Shown here: positions 39,660-51,400 of the stretch, piece by piece
Numbering within the stretch: the stretch's first letter is position 1
Layout: each line of letters starts with the position of its first letter
Translations under genes and position numbers: made by a program
The notes under the pieces: model-generated
Told to the model about the DNA's origin: nothing
Seen by the model: only the letters and a program-made list of their open reading frames with translations
Database searches by the model: none
Assembly (NCBI RefSeq): GCF_963921235.1
Contig: NC_086108.1
Span: forward strand, 868,001 to 932,000
Direction: 5' to 3'
From: Mobula hypostoma
Taxonomy: Eukaryota
DNA length: 64,000 bases

Positions 39660-39970
39660 TCTTGTATTCCACCTGGGTAGCCTCTGATGGCATGAGTATC
39701 AATTTCTCCTTCTGGTGAACAAATACCCACTGCCCCCTGACCTTTCCCATCCACCCAGTTTCACCTATCACCTTCCAGCCAGCCTCCTTCCCCTCCCTCC
39801 ACCTTTTTATTTTGGTGTCTTCCCCCCTTCCTTCTCAGTCCAGAAGAAAGGTCTTGGCCCGAAATGTCGACTGTTTACTCTTTTTCCATAGGTGCTGCCT
39901 GATCTACTGAGTTTCTTCAGCATTTTATGTATGTAGTTTTTGATTTCCAGCATCTGCAGACTTGCTTGTG
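39660..39970 (+). mobile_element. Penelope 3' fragment with terminal repeat
   Basis: CTTGTATTCCACCTGGGTAGCCTC...GATGGCATGAGTATCAATTTCTCC followed by the terminal repeat. Confidence 0.75.
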
Positions 39971-40132
39971 GTATTATACCGTATGTATATAATTACATAA
40001 ATTATACTATGTATTACACTGTACTGCTGCTGCAAAACAAATGCCAGTGGTAATAGACTTCTGATCCACAGAATTCACTACACACTCGTCTGTTCATTTG
40101 GGCTGAAGGTTCTGGAGCAGAGGTTCTTCATC

Positions 40133-40885
40133 CGGGTGGTACATTAGCCTAGTGGTTACGTCCAGGGTTCAGTTCCTGACATTGCTGCCTATAAGGGGTT
40201 TGTAGGTTCTCCCCGTGACAGTGTGGGTTTTCCTCCGGTTCCCTCCCGCAGTCCAGAGATGTACTGGTTAGTAGTTTAATTGGTCATCGCAAACTGTCCG
40301 ATGATTAGGCTGCGGTTATAGAGGTGAGTTTCCAGGCGCACAGCTCTTTGGGCTGGAGGGGCCTGATCTGTGTTGTTCTATAAATAAATAATAAATATGA
40401 GCTGATACTGTGATATTTAAGCTGATTTTATGCAGAGTGACTAACAATGAAATGTAACTTTTAATGACTTGAGAGCCAAGAGTAGGACACATCATCCAGC
40501 CTTCGAGCCTGTTGGCCACTCAGTAAAATAGTACCTAAACCAATCTTGGCCTCAATGTTACTTAACTGCTTTCTACCCATTCTCCTTGACTTCACGGTAG
40601 TGTAGCAGTTGTAACTAAGCTATTAGAGCCCCAGCGACCGAGGTTCAATTCCCGTTGCTATCTGTAAGGAGTTTGTATGTTCTTCCCATGGCTACATGGA
40701 TTTTTCCGCATGCTCTGGTTTCCTCCCACATTAAGATGCATGGGTTGGAGTTAGTAAGTTGTGGGCATGCCAGAACTGTGGAAGCATTTATAGGTTGCCC
40801 AGCACAATCCTTTGCTGATTTGATCTGACACTAACAATGTATTTCACTATCTTTCGATGTACATGTGACAAATAAATCTTTAATT
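40133..40885 (+). mobile_element. Two tRNA-derived V-SINEs (about 40133-40395 and 40593-40885)
   Basis: Box B GGTTCAGTTCC / GGTTCAATTCC followed by the V-domain (GTAAGGAGTTTGTATGTTCTTCCCATGG...GGTTTCCTCCCAC). The two have different 3' tails. Confidence 0.75.
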
Positions 40886-41739
40886 CATTTTGCTGTAAGC
40901 TTTCAGCCTTTGCCTCGCATATATTCAGTGACTGATATCTGGCGTAGAGATTTACAGTTCTCTGAAAGAAGAAATTCGTCCTTATTTCCATCTAAAAAGG
41001 GCAGCCACCATTTCTGGAACATAGAACAACACAGCATAGTACAGGCCTTTCAGCTCATGATGTTGTGCCAAATTTTTAACCTATTCTAAGATCAATCAAA
41101 CACTCCCCTCCTACGTAGCCCTCCATTTTTCTACCATTTAAACTGAGTTTTTTTAAATGCCCGTAATGTGTCTGCGTGTAACGTCACCCCTGGCAGGATG
41201 TTCCACATACTAACACTCTCTGTGTTTTAAAAAGAACCTCTGACATGTCTCTGTACCTTCCTGCAATCACCTCAAAAATATGTCCCCTCATATTAGCCGT
41301 TTCCACCCCGGGAAAAAGTCTGTAGCTTTTCACTTGATCTGTACCTCTTACTTGACACCTCTATAGTTTCTGCAATTAATCTTCCGCTGTGGGAAGTATC
41401 CTGTCTGTATTCCCCTGTCGATTCTGCTCAAAATCTTACGTGTTTCAATAAGATCACCCTTCATTTTTCCATTTTTTGATGAACATATCAAATAATCCAG
41501 ATAAGAAAAACCCTGGATCCCAGGATTCAGTCTAATCAGTGGTCCCTGCACTGTCTGCATTGTAATCCTGTCCCTCCTTAAAGATGGGCACAGTGCACAG
41601 AACGTTAAACTGCACGTGGTAGATCAGCTGAGGTCCCGCCCTCGCCCTGTGTAAAGCTCCCCTCCATACTCCTTACAATAGCAGCCAGAGAGTATGCCCA
41701 AATTCCTGGGGACTGCGAAGAATGCCTGTCCCTGGTCTA

Positions 41740-41950
41740 TCTTTTTTTTATTGATGAAGCACTAGAACAGCTCCTATCGGCCCAGCGAGCCCAGGCCATC
41801 CAAATACACCCATGTGAACCTACTAACTGTACACCTCTGCTGAGTAAACCCACGTGGTCATGGGCAGAAAGTACAAACTCATTATAGGACGACTGCAGGA
41901 CTTGAACCTGAATCCCTGGCGCTGTAACCGCTACTCTACTGCGGCACCCT
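41740..41950 (-). mobile_element. tRNA-derived V-SINE, degenerate
   Basis: Reverse-strand box B (GGTTCAAGTCC) and V-domain (GAGTTTGTACTTTCTGCCCATGACCACGTGGGTTT). Confidence 0.65.
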
Positions 41951-42058
41951 CTGCGAATAATGATTTACTTTTGCGTTATTACGCAGACATGTTGATCGGC
42001 GTAGGAAATTTTTCCATTGAATGACCTGCTAGCCATTTCTCCACCTTGTCCCCAACAG

Positions 42059-42201
42059 ATTAGCAGAGAAGAAAGCATCGATTGGCTACACTTACGACGA
42101 CTGCTCAGTAACTACAGATGAGAAGGCAGAGGAGAAAGATGAAGACTACGAGGATGACTCAGATGAGAAGAGTGATTCCGATGAAGAGATACCAGACATA
42201 G
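42059..42201 (+). CDS. CLASRP: CLASRP coding exon 6 (LAEKKASIGYTYDDCSVTTDEKAEEKDEDYEDDSDEKSDSDEEIPDI), acidic region
   Basis: AACAG acceptor, GTGAGC donor, 143 nt, frame-compatible; carries the conserved KASIGYTY motif. Confidence 0.96.
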
Positions 42202-42877
42202 GTGAGCTGTAAATTATACACAGGAGATTCTGCAGATGCTGGAAATCCGGAACAACACCCTCACAAAATGCTGAAGGAACTCAGCAGGTCTGGCAACATC
42301 TATGGAGAGGAGTAAACAGTCAAGGTTTTGGGCCAAGACCGTAAACATCGACTGTTTATTCCTCTTCACGGATGCTGCATGACCTGCAGAGTCCTTCCAG
42401 TAGTTTATGTGTTGAGCTGTGCAAGAGGAAACTCGCTGGCTGGAACAGCAGGGGGTGCTGTTGAATGTTTAAACTGAAAGGGAATGAGTTAGGTAGCAGC
42501 TGAAAATATTCTCAGGGTTGGTTAATACCTAACAACAAAGGTTGCATTCCTAACCCGAGGGTTTTCCCGTGGTTCAGCATTTGGCTTTCAGAAGGATTAA
42601 GAATGAGGAAGTTAATAAAGTGGTAAAGTAAATGCCCAGGGAAATTGTTGTTGTTGTTGTAGTACTAGTAGTAGTAGGGAGTAGTCTGTTATGCTGTTGG
42701 CGTTTAGGGCAGCAATGAAGATCTTTCATCTCTGCCGGTGTTCAGGGCTTCCTTCATCATGTCAGTAGCTTCAGCTTGGCTTCCACCACTGTCAGTCACG
42801 CAAGTCCTGGGTGGAGTCTCGGGAATACCGTTGTACTCATGTAGAAGGATTCTTCATTGCTGTTTCTCTAATAGTTT

Positions 42878-44951
42878 CTGGAGGCCCAATCATTGGTAGG
42901 AGCAGCGCACTTGGACGAGGTTACTCGCAGGTCGGCGAAGCTCATACAAAAGGAGAAATTTGCAGTTGTTCAGACATTCTGGAGGCCCAGTCAGCGGCGG
43001 GAGCAGAGCACTGTGAATTAAATAAAAGTACAGAAGGGACAAGCAGGACGGCCATTGTGGGAGTAGGCCAGAGGTGAGAGTAGGAGGGTCAGGCTTTGAC
43101 TCGAGGCTTCTACAAGGAGAGGCTGAGGCCGAAAGAAACAGGTTAGAAGGGTAGTTTTCCCTTTCATTATTTGGTCTTGCTTGCCCATTGTACAATGCAG
43201 ACAGGATGGCAGATATGGCAGTGGAATGCTCCTCCTGTAGGATGTGGGAATGGTGGCATTCCTGATGACTACACTTGCAGGAAGTGCAGCCAGCTCCAGC
43301 TCTTGAAAGGCCGCATTAAGGAGCTGGAGCTAGTGTTGAACGAACTAAGGATGATCTGGCAGGCAGAACAATTGATAGGTAAAACTTTTGAGTTGGTGGT
43401 TACACCCTGAGTGCAGAATTCAGAGAGAACACCGAGAGAGGTAAGGGGAGAAAGGAGCCAGTGCAGGATTCCCCTGTGGCCTTTCCCCTCAGCAACAGGT
43501 ATACCCCTTTCGATACTGATGAGGGGGATGACCTCTCTGGCAAGGCAGCAGCAGCCAGACCAATAGCATTGTGATCAGCTCTGAGTTCCAGAAGGGTAGG
43601 GTAAGGTCAGGTGGAGCATTAGTCATATGGGACTTGATAGTTAAGGAGACAGATAGAGGATTTTGTGGCAGCAAAAGAGATGCCAGGATAGTGTGTTGCC
43701 TCCCTGATGCCAGGATCCAGAATGTCTCTGAGCAGTTGCAGAATATTCTTGAAGGGGAGGGTGAGCAGCCAGAGGTTGTGGTACCGATGACACAGACAGG
43801 AGAGAGGTAGAGGTCCTGTGCAGTAAGTTTAGGGATTTTGGAAGGGGGCTGATCTTCTGAAACAATTTTGGGCAGCACATTTTCCAATTTAATTGCCATT
43901 ATTTTAGAAAGAATTTTAAAATCTACATCCAACAAAGACCTGTAGATGGTTTGTACTCTGTGCGGAGGTTGACCAGTGGTGTTCCGCAGGAATCTGTTCT
44001 GGGACAACTCCTCGTTGTGATTTTTATAAATGAACTGGATGAGGAAGTAGAAGGGTGGGTTAATAAGCTTGCTGATGATACAAAAGTTGGGGGTGTTATG
44101 TATAGTCTGGAGGGTTGTCAGAGGTTACAGTGGGACACCGATAGGATGCAGAACTGGGCTGAGGAGTGGCAGATGGACTTCAACCCAGATAAGTGTGAAG
44201 TGGTTCATTTTGGTAGGTCAAGTTTGAAGACAGAATATAAATGGTAAAACTCTTGGCAGTGTGGAGGATTAGCGAGATCTTGGGTCTGTGTCCATAGGAC
44301 ACTCAGACCTGGTGTGCAGGTTAAGAAGATATATGGTGTGATGGCCTTCATGAACCGTAGGATTGAGTTCAAGAGCCGTGAGGTAATGGTACAGCTATAT
44401 AAGACCTTGGTTAGACCCCACTTAGAGTACTGTGTTCAGTTCTGGTCGCCTCACTACAGGAAGGATGTGGATACTATAGAGGGAATGCAGAGGAATTTTA
44501 CAGGGATATTGCCTGGATTGGAGAGCGTGTCTTTTGAGGATAGGTCGAGTGAACTTGGCCTTTTCTCCTTGGAGCAATAGAGGATGAGAGGTGACCTGAA
44601 GAGGTGTGTAAGATGATTGAGAGGCATTGATCCTGTGGATAGCCAGAGGCTTTTTCCCAGGAGTGAAGTGAGGGGGCATAGTTTTAAGATGCTTGGAAGA
44701 AGGTACAAGGGGGATGTCAGAGGAAAGTTTTTCACACAGAGGCGGGTGTGTGTTATGCACTGCCAGGGACGGTGATGGAGGCAGATACAATAGGGTCTTT
44801 TAAGAAACTCTTAGATAGATACATGGAGCTTAGAAAAATAGAGGGCTATTAGTAGGGAAATTCTAGGCAGTTTCTGGAGTAGGTGACATGGTTGGCACAA
44901 CATTGTGGGCTGAAGGGCCTGTAATGTGCTGTAGATTTCTATATTCTATGT
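42878..44951 (+). mobile_element. Internally deleted CR1 (5' UTR, ORF1, filler, ORF2 3' third, tail) with 11 bp TSD
   Basis: TCTAATAGTTT (42867-42877) and TCTAACAGTTT (44952-44962) flank it. ORF1 reads YTCRKCSQLQLLKGRIKELEL and VCCLPDARIQNVSEQL. ORF2 reads SGVPQESVLG...LADDTKVGG and LVRPHLEYCVQFWSP. Confidence 0.85.
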
Positions 44952-45604
44952 TCTAACAGTTTTGTTTGACCAGTCAAGGTTGTTAACCCTGAGCTACACC
45001 CTCGAATCTGGAGGACTGGTGGGCCACTCTTGGTCTGGTCTCTACCCTTTTACCAGTTTAGCATGGGTGACCCTACTAAGAGCCAAAGCATAAACTCCTG
45101 ACTCCAGCCAACGTAGCTGCTTGGGTCATTGAGGCACGCAAGCCTCCAGACCTAAAGTCAAGTTCGGTTTTTCTTGGAGGACTGGGAAATCGATGTTGGT
45201 ATTAATTTCCATTTGTACCTCAGTCGCAGTGGCTTGTGTAGAAGTGGTTTGGAATTATCATTGCTATTGGTTTACAGGTTTCCCCCGCCATCCGAAGGTA
45301 GAGCATTCCTATGAAACGGTTCGTAAGCCAGAATGTCGTAAAGGGAAGAAGCAATTACCACTTATTTATATGGGAAAAATTTGTGAGCGTTCGCAGACCC
45401 AAAAATAACCTACCAAATCATGCCAAATAACACATAAAACCTAAAATAACAGTAACGTATAGTAAAAGCAGGAATGGTATGATAAATACACAGCCTATCT
45501 AAAGCAGAAATACTTCTCTGCAATCATTGCCTGCACTGTTCTCTGTAGCAAAAATCTCATGCAAGCGCTCTCGGCAAAAACACTCTCTCCAGTAACCTTA
45601 TTAT

Positions 45605-47436
45605 TCTGCTCTCCACTCCCTCCGCACTAATCCTAACCTTATTATTAAACCCGCTGATAAGGGGGATGCTGTTGTAGTCTGGCGTACTGACCTCTACCTT
45701 GCCGAGGCACAGCGACAACTCGCGGATACCTCCTCTTATTTACCCCTCGATCGTGACCCCACTAAGGAGCACCAGGCCATTGTCTCCCACACCATCACCG
45801 ACTTTATCCGCTCAGGGGATCTCCCATCCACTGCTACCAACCTTATAGTTCCCACACCTCGCACTTCCCGTTTCTACCTCCTACCCAAGATCCACAAACC
45901 TGCCTGTCCTGGCCGACCTATTGTCTCAGCTTGCTCCTGCCCCACCAAACTCGTTTCTGCATACCTCGACACGGTTTTATCCCCCCTTGGTCAATCCCTT
46001 CCTACCTATGTTCTCACGCTCTTAAACTTTTCGATGATTTTAAGTTCCCTGGCCCCCACCGCTTTATTTTCAGCATGGATGCCCAGTCCCCATATACTTC
46101 CATCCCCCATCAGGAAGGTCTCGAAGCTCTCCGCTTCTTTTTGGATTCCAGACCTAATCAGTTCCCCTCTACCACCACTCTGCTCCGTCTAGCGGAATTA
46201 GTCCTTACTCTTAATAATTTCTCCTTTGGCTCCTCCCACTTCCTCCAAACTAAAGGTGTAGCTATGGGCACCCGTATGGGTCCTAGCTATGCCTGCCTTT
46301 TTGTTGACTTTGTGGAACAATCTTTGTTCCGTGCCTATTCTGGTATCTGTCCCCCACTTTTCCTTCGCTACGTCGACGACTGCATTGGCGCTGCTTCCTG
46401 CACGCATGCAGAGCTCGTTGACTTTATTAACTTTGCCTCCAACTTTCACCCTGCCCTCAAGTTTACCTGGTCCATTTCCGACATCTCCCTCCCCTTTCTA
46501 GATCTTTCTGTCTCTGTCTCTGGAGACAGCTTATCCACTGATGTCTACTATAAGCCTACTGACTCTCACAGCTATCTGGACTATTCCTCTTCTCACCCTG
46601 TCTCTTGCAAAAACGCCATCCCCTTCTCGCAATTCCTCTGTCTCCGCTGCATCTGCTCTCAGGATGAGACTTTTCATTCTAGGACGGGGGAGATGTCCTC
46701 CTTTTTTAAAGAAAGGGGCTTCCCTTCCTCCACTATCAACTCTGCTCTTAAACGCATCTCCCCTATTTCACGTACATCTGTTCTCACTCCATCCTCCCGC
46801 CACCCCACTAGGAATAGGGTTCCCCTGGTCCTCACCTACCACCCCACCAGCCTCCGGGTCCAACATATTATTCTCCGTAACTTCCGCCACCTCCAACGGA
46901 ATCCCACCACTAAGCACATCTTTCCCTCCCCTCCTCTCTCTGCATTCCGCAGGGATCGCTCCCTACACAACTCCCTTGTCCATTCGTCCCCCCCATCCCT
47001 CCCCACTGATCTCCCTCCTGGCACTTATCCGTGTAAGCGGAACAAGTGCTACACATGCCCTTACACTTCCTCCCTTACCACCATTCAGGGCCCCAAACAG
47101 TCCTTACAGGTGAGGCTACGCTTCACCTGTGAGTCGGCTGGGGTGATATACTGCGTCCGGTGCTCCCGATGTGGCCTTTTATATATTGGTGAGACCCGAC
47201 GCAGACTGGGAGACCGCTTTGCTGAACACCTACGCTCTGTCTGCCAGAGAAAGCAGGATCTCCCAGTGGCCACACATTTTAATTCCACATCCCATTCCCA
47301 TTCTGACATGTCTATCCATGGCCTCCTCTACTGTAAAGATGAAGCCATACTCAGGTTGGAGGAACAACACCTTATATTCCGTCTGGGTAGCCTCCAACCT
47401 GATGGCATGAACATCGACTTCTCTAACTTCCGCTAA
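45605..47436 (+). pseudogene. Penelope RT / GIY-YIG endonuclease, 5'-truncated, with one frameshift near 46013
   Basis: The upstream frame gives IIKPADKG and FYLLPKIHK...GRPIVS. The downstream frame gives GVAMGTRMGPSYA, FLRYVDDC, a Cys linker CKRNKCYTC and GVIYCVRCSRCGLLYIGETRRRLGDRFAEH, with a stop at 47436. The start of the called ORF at 45931 is out-of-frame read-in. Confidence 0.92.
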
Positions 47437-47728
47437 TGCCCCACCTCCCCCTTGTACCCCATCTGTTACTTATTTTTATACACACATTCTTTCTCTCAAT
47501 CTCCTTTTTCTCCCTCTGTCCCTCTGAATATACCCTTTGCCCATCCTCTGGGTCCCCCCCCCTTGTCTTTCTTCCCGGACCTCCTGTCCCATGATCCTTT
47601 CGTATCCCCTTTTGCCTATCACCTGTCCAGCTCTTGGCTCTATCCCTCCCCCTCCTGTCTTCTCCTATCATTTTGGATCCCCCCTCCCCCTCCAACTTTC
47701 AAATCCCTTACTCACTCTTCCTTCAGTT

Positions 47729-47764
47729 AGTCCTGACGAAGGGTCTCGGCCTGAAACATCGACT
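47729..47764 (+). ncRNA. Minimal type I hammerhead ribozyme motif in the Penelope terminal repeat
   Basis: AGUC CUGACGA AGGGUCUCGGCCU GAAAC AUC GACU gives helix I AGUC/GACU, core CUGANGA, helix II AGG/CCU (or GGG/CCU), GAAA, an NUH triplet (AUC) and a vestigial helix III. Activity is untested. Confidence 0.7.
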
Positions 47765-48155
47765 GCACCTCTTCCTAGAGATGCTGCCTGGCCTGCTGCG
47801 TTCACCAGCAACTTTGATGTGTGTTGCTTGAATTTCCAGCATCTGCAGAATTCCTGTTGTCTCCAGTAACCTTTAAGCTATGAAGCTGCCAAATCATACC
47901 AAATAATGTATAAAAATACACAGCCTATATGAAGTAGAAATAATGTATGTACAGTGTAGTATCACTTACTGGAATCGGGAAGACGGTGCCGAGCACACTG
48001 ATGATGGTGTTAGGCTGAGTCGATGGAGATTGGGGTGGTGCAGTGGCCCCCACCCTCTGGGCCGGGGAACGATACTGTTCCGCGAAGCATGTAGCGGTAC
48101 AGCGGTAGCCGGGACGCACCCAGAACATCTTTAAGAAAAAAGCCGAAATAAACAA

Positions 48156-48423
48156 GTCATAGTCATACTTTATTGATCCCGGGGGAAATTGGTTTTCGTT
48201 ACAGTTGCACCACAAATAATAAATAGTAATAAAACCATAAATAGTTAAATAATAATATGTAAATTATGCCAGGAGGTAAGTCCAGGACCAGCCTATTGGC
48301 TCAGGGTGTCTGACCCTCCAAGGGAGGAGTTGTAAAGTTTGGTGGCCAGGGGCAGGAATAACTTCCTTTGACGCTCTGTGTTGCATCTCAGTGGAATGAG
48401 TCTCTGGCTGAATGTACTCCTGT
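48156..48423 (-). mobile_element. LINE 3' fragment (Rex/L2-like) inserted in the Tigger
   Basis: A GTCATAGTCATACTTTATTGATCCC tail-type start interrupts the left arm of an internal palindrome. Confidence 0.65.
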
Positions 48424-51400
48424 ATGTAAATGCCGGCCCAGATCAGAGGCGACGCAATCGGCAATCGCCTCTGATCTGAGCCGACAGTTATGTGCCGGGC
48501 AGCACCTGATTAATTAGGTTGTTTATTTCAGCTTTTTTCCTTAAAGATTTGCTGGGTGCGTCCCGGCTACCGCTGCATTCTCCGCAAATCGGTATCTGTC
48601 GGCGGCCCGGGGGTTGGGGCGGTGGGACACTGAGGTGTCGTCTGTTTCCATCAGGTCCGGCAGGTCATCTTCTTCTATGACTGCCTGCCTCGATGTTGAA
48701 GGTCGAGGTTCGTCGTCTGCTGTGGCTGATTGGAAGGCTTGCTTGACTGCTTAGCCTCGCGCATTTTTCTATCATAAGCACTCAAACCATCTTGCAAATA
48801 TGCCCTAAACCTACGTAGCCTTTCAAAATTAAAATCGTACTTTTCTGCATTTATTGCAGCGAAAATCTCACGCAGTTGCTTCACATTCAGTTCCTGGATG
48901 ACTTCACTTTCGGTCAGTTCGCTACTGCATTCGGTTTTGATTGTTAACCTTTCCTCTTCCAATTGCATCAGCTCTTCATCTATCAGTTCTTGGTCATGGG
49001 ATGCCAAAACCTCTTCAACATCATCTTCGTCAACTTCCACAAGCCAAACTCACTTTGTCCTTACTTCGTTCACCACAATCGAATGTCTAGTTTTACGCTA
49101 AGTGTAACACCCTTATGAGCTCTTTTAGGCTTTTCCAATACCTTAGAACTCATCTTGTAAACGGATGCTCACAGGCACGTGTTTAAGCACTACTGGCTAG
49201 AATGCAGTTCCGAATCCGGGGGAGAGTGGCTGCTCGGGGCGTGCACTGCCTTTTATCGCGCACTGCTTTTTTCGCATGCTGCCTTTTTTCGTAACAGTGA
49301 AAGCACCTTCTGTTAGCGAAAACAGGGAACTAATGTAGGTCTTTCGTAACAGTGAGGTTTCGTAAAGCGAACGTTCGAAAAGCGAGGAACACCTGTATTA
49401 TCACCACATGTACGGAGATACAGTGAAAAGCTTGTCTTGCATACTGTTCATACAGATCAAGTCATTACACAGTGCAGTGAGGTAGAACAAGGTCAGACAA
49501 TAACAATGCAGAATGAAGTGTAAAAGCTACTGAAAAAGTGCAGTGCAGGTAAGCGATAAACTGCAAGATCATTACAAGGTCGATGGTGAGGCCAAGAGTC
49601 CATCTTCTATTGCAAGAAATTCATTCCAGAGATTGATAACAGTGGGGTAGAATCTGTCTTTGAGCCTGGTGGAATGTGCTTTCAGGCTTTTGTTTCTCCT
49701 GTCTGATGGGAGAGGGGAGAAGACAAAATGTCTGGAGTGGGTGTGGTATTTAATTATGTTGGTTGCTTTACTGAGGCAGTGAAAAGTGTAGACAGTCTAA
49801 ATGGGGGGTATTACAATGCAACTAGCTATTTGCATTGGAGGTGTTCTGGACCGTCTTATTGTATAAGAGTCTGATAAGACCATAAGACATTGGAACAGAG
49901 TTGGGCCATTCAGCCCATCGAGTCAGCTCTGCAATTTCATCAAGGCTAATCCATTTCCCCCTCAACCCATTCTCTTGCTTTCTCCCCATAACCTTTCACT
50001 CTCTGACCAATCAAGAACCTATCAAACTCTGCCTTAAGTACACCCAATGACCTGGCCTCACAGCCGAAGCGCAGATTCACCACTGTCTAGCGAAAGAAAT
50101 TCCTCATCTCCTTACTAAATGGATGTCTCTCTATTCTGAGGCTTTGCCCTCTGGTCCTAGACTCTTCCACCACAGGATACATCCTCTCTGCATCCACTCT
50201 ATCCAGGCCTTTCAATATTCGATAGGTTTCAATGAGGTTCTCCACTCATTCTTCAGAATACAACAAGTAAAGGGCCAGAGCCTTCAGTCACTCATACAAT
50301 AAGTCTTACGTTCTTGAATTCATTCTCCTGAACCCTCTCCAATGTTGGCGCATCCTTTCTTAAATATGGGCCTGAAAATGCTCACAATACTCACCAGAAC
50401 TTTGAAAAACCTCAGCATTACATCCTTGCTTTTATACTCTAGTCTGCTCAAAATGAATACTAACATTGCATCTGCCTCCTCACCACCAACTCATCCTGTA
50501 AATTAATCTTTAGGGAATTCTGCACGAGGACTTGTAAGTCCCTTTGCACCTAGGATTTTTGAATTTTGTCCCTGTTTAGATAATAGTCTGTGCTTTTATT
50601 CCTTCTACCAAAGTGCATGACCATACACTTACCGACACTGTATTCCATCTGGCAGTTCTTTGCCCATTCTCCTAATTTGTCTAAGTCCTTCTGCAGGCTG
50701 CCTGCTTCCTCAATCTACCTGCCCCTCCACTTATCTTTGTATTTCTGCGCAAATGGCCACAAAGCCATCAATTCCATCATCCAAATTATTGAGGTATAAT
50801 GTAAAAAGAAGGGGTCCTGACACAGACCCCTGTGGAACACCGTTAGTTCCCGACGGCTCTTTATTCCCACTCTTTGCTTCCTGCCAATCAGCCACGACTT
50901 TATCCGTGCTAGAATCTTTCCAGTAATACCATGGGGTCTTACCTTGTTCAGCTGCCTCATGTGTAGCACCTTGTCAAAGGCCTTCTGATAGAGAAGACTG
51001 ATGCAAAATACTTATTAATTTCATTCTTCATTTCCTTGTCTCCCATTACTACATCTCCAGTGTCATTTTCCTTCAGTCCAATATCTACTCTCTCTTCTCT
51101 TTTACTCTGTATATATCTGAAAAACTTTTAGTATCCTCTTTGATATTATTGGCTAGCTTACCTTTATATTTCATCATTTCCCTCCTTATGACTTTTTTGG
51201 TTGCCCTCTGTCAGTTGACTTCTCACTAATTTTTGCTCTATTATATGTCTTCTCTTTTTCTTTTATGTTGCCTTTGACTTCCCTTGTCAACCATGGTTGT
51301 GTCATCCTGCCTTTAGAATACTACTACTGTGGGATATATCTATCCTGCGCCCTCCGAATTGCTCCCAGAAATTCCAGCTGTTGCTGCTCTGCCGTCATCC

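Larger units (their letters stand above)
45600..47859 (+). mobile_element. Penelope-like retroelement (Neptune-type), 5'-truncated, with 14 bp TSD
   Basis: TCTCCAGTAACCTT occurs at 45586-45599 and 47860-47873. The insert has RT plus GIY-YIG coding sequence, a pyrimidine-rich 3' UTR and the terminal repeat. Confidence 0.95.
45275..49395 (-). mobile_element. Tigger/pogo-family DNA transposon, internally deleted (about 1.6 kb without insertions), carrying two nested retroelements
   Basis: Imperfect TIRs TA|CAGGTTTCCCCCGC and GCGAGGAACACCTG|TA with TA flanks. ORF 48675-49040 (EVDEDDVEEVLASHDQELIDEELMQLE) resembles the Tigger transposase C-terminus. Confidence 0.8.

Noticed and set aside
45931..47436. 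Host or domesticated 501 aa gene
   Set aside because: It is the downstream frame of a 5'-truncated, frameshifted Penelope insertion with a TSD, and the called start is not a real initiation site.
48675..49040. TIGD1-like host gene
   Set aside because: Only a C-terminal transposase remnant is present, inside a TIR-bounded, internally deleted element.
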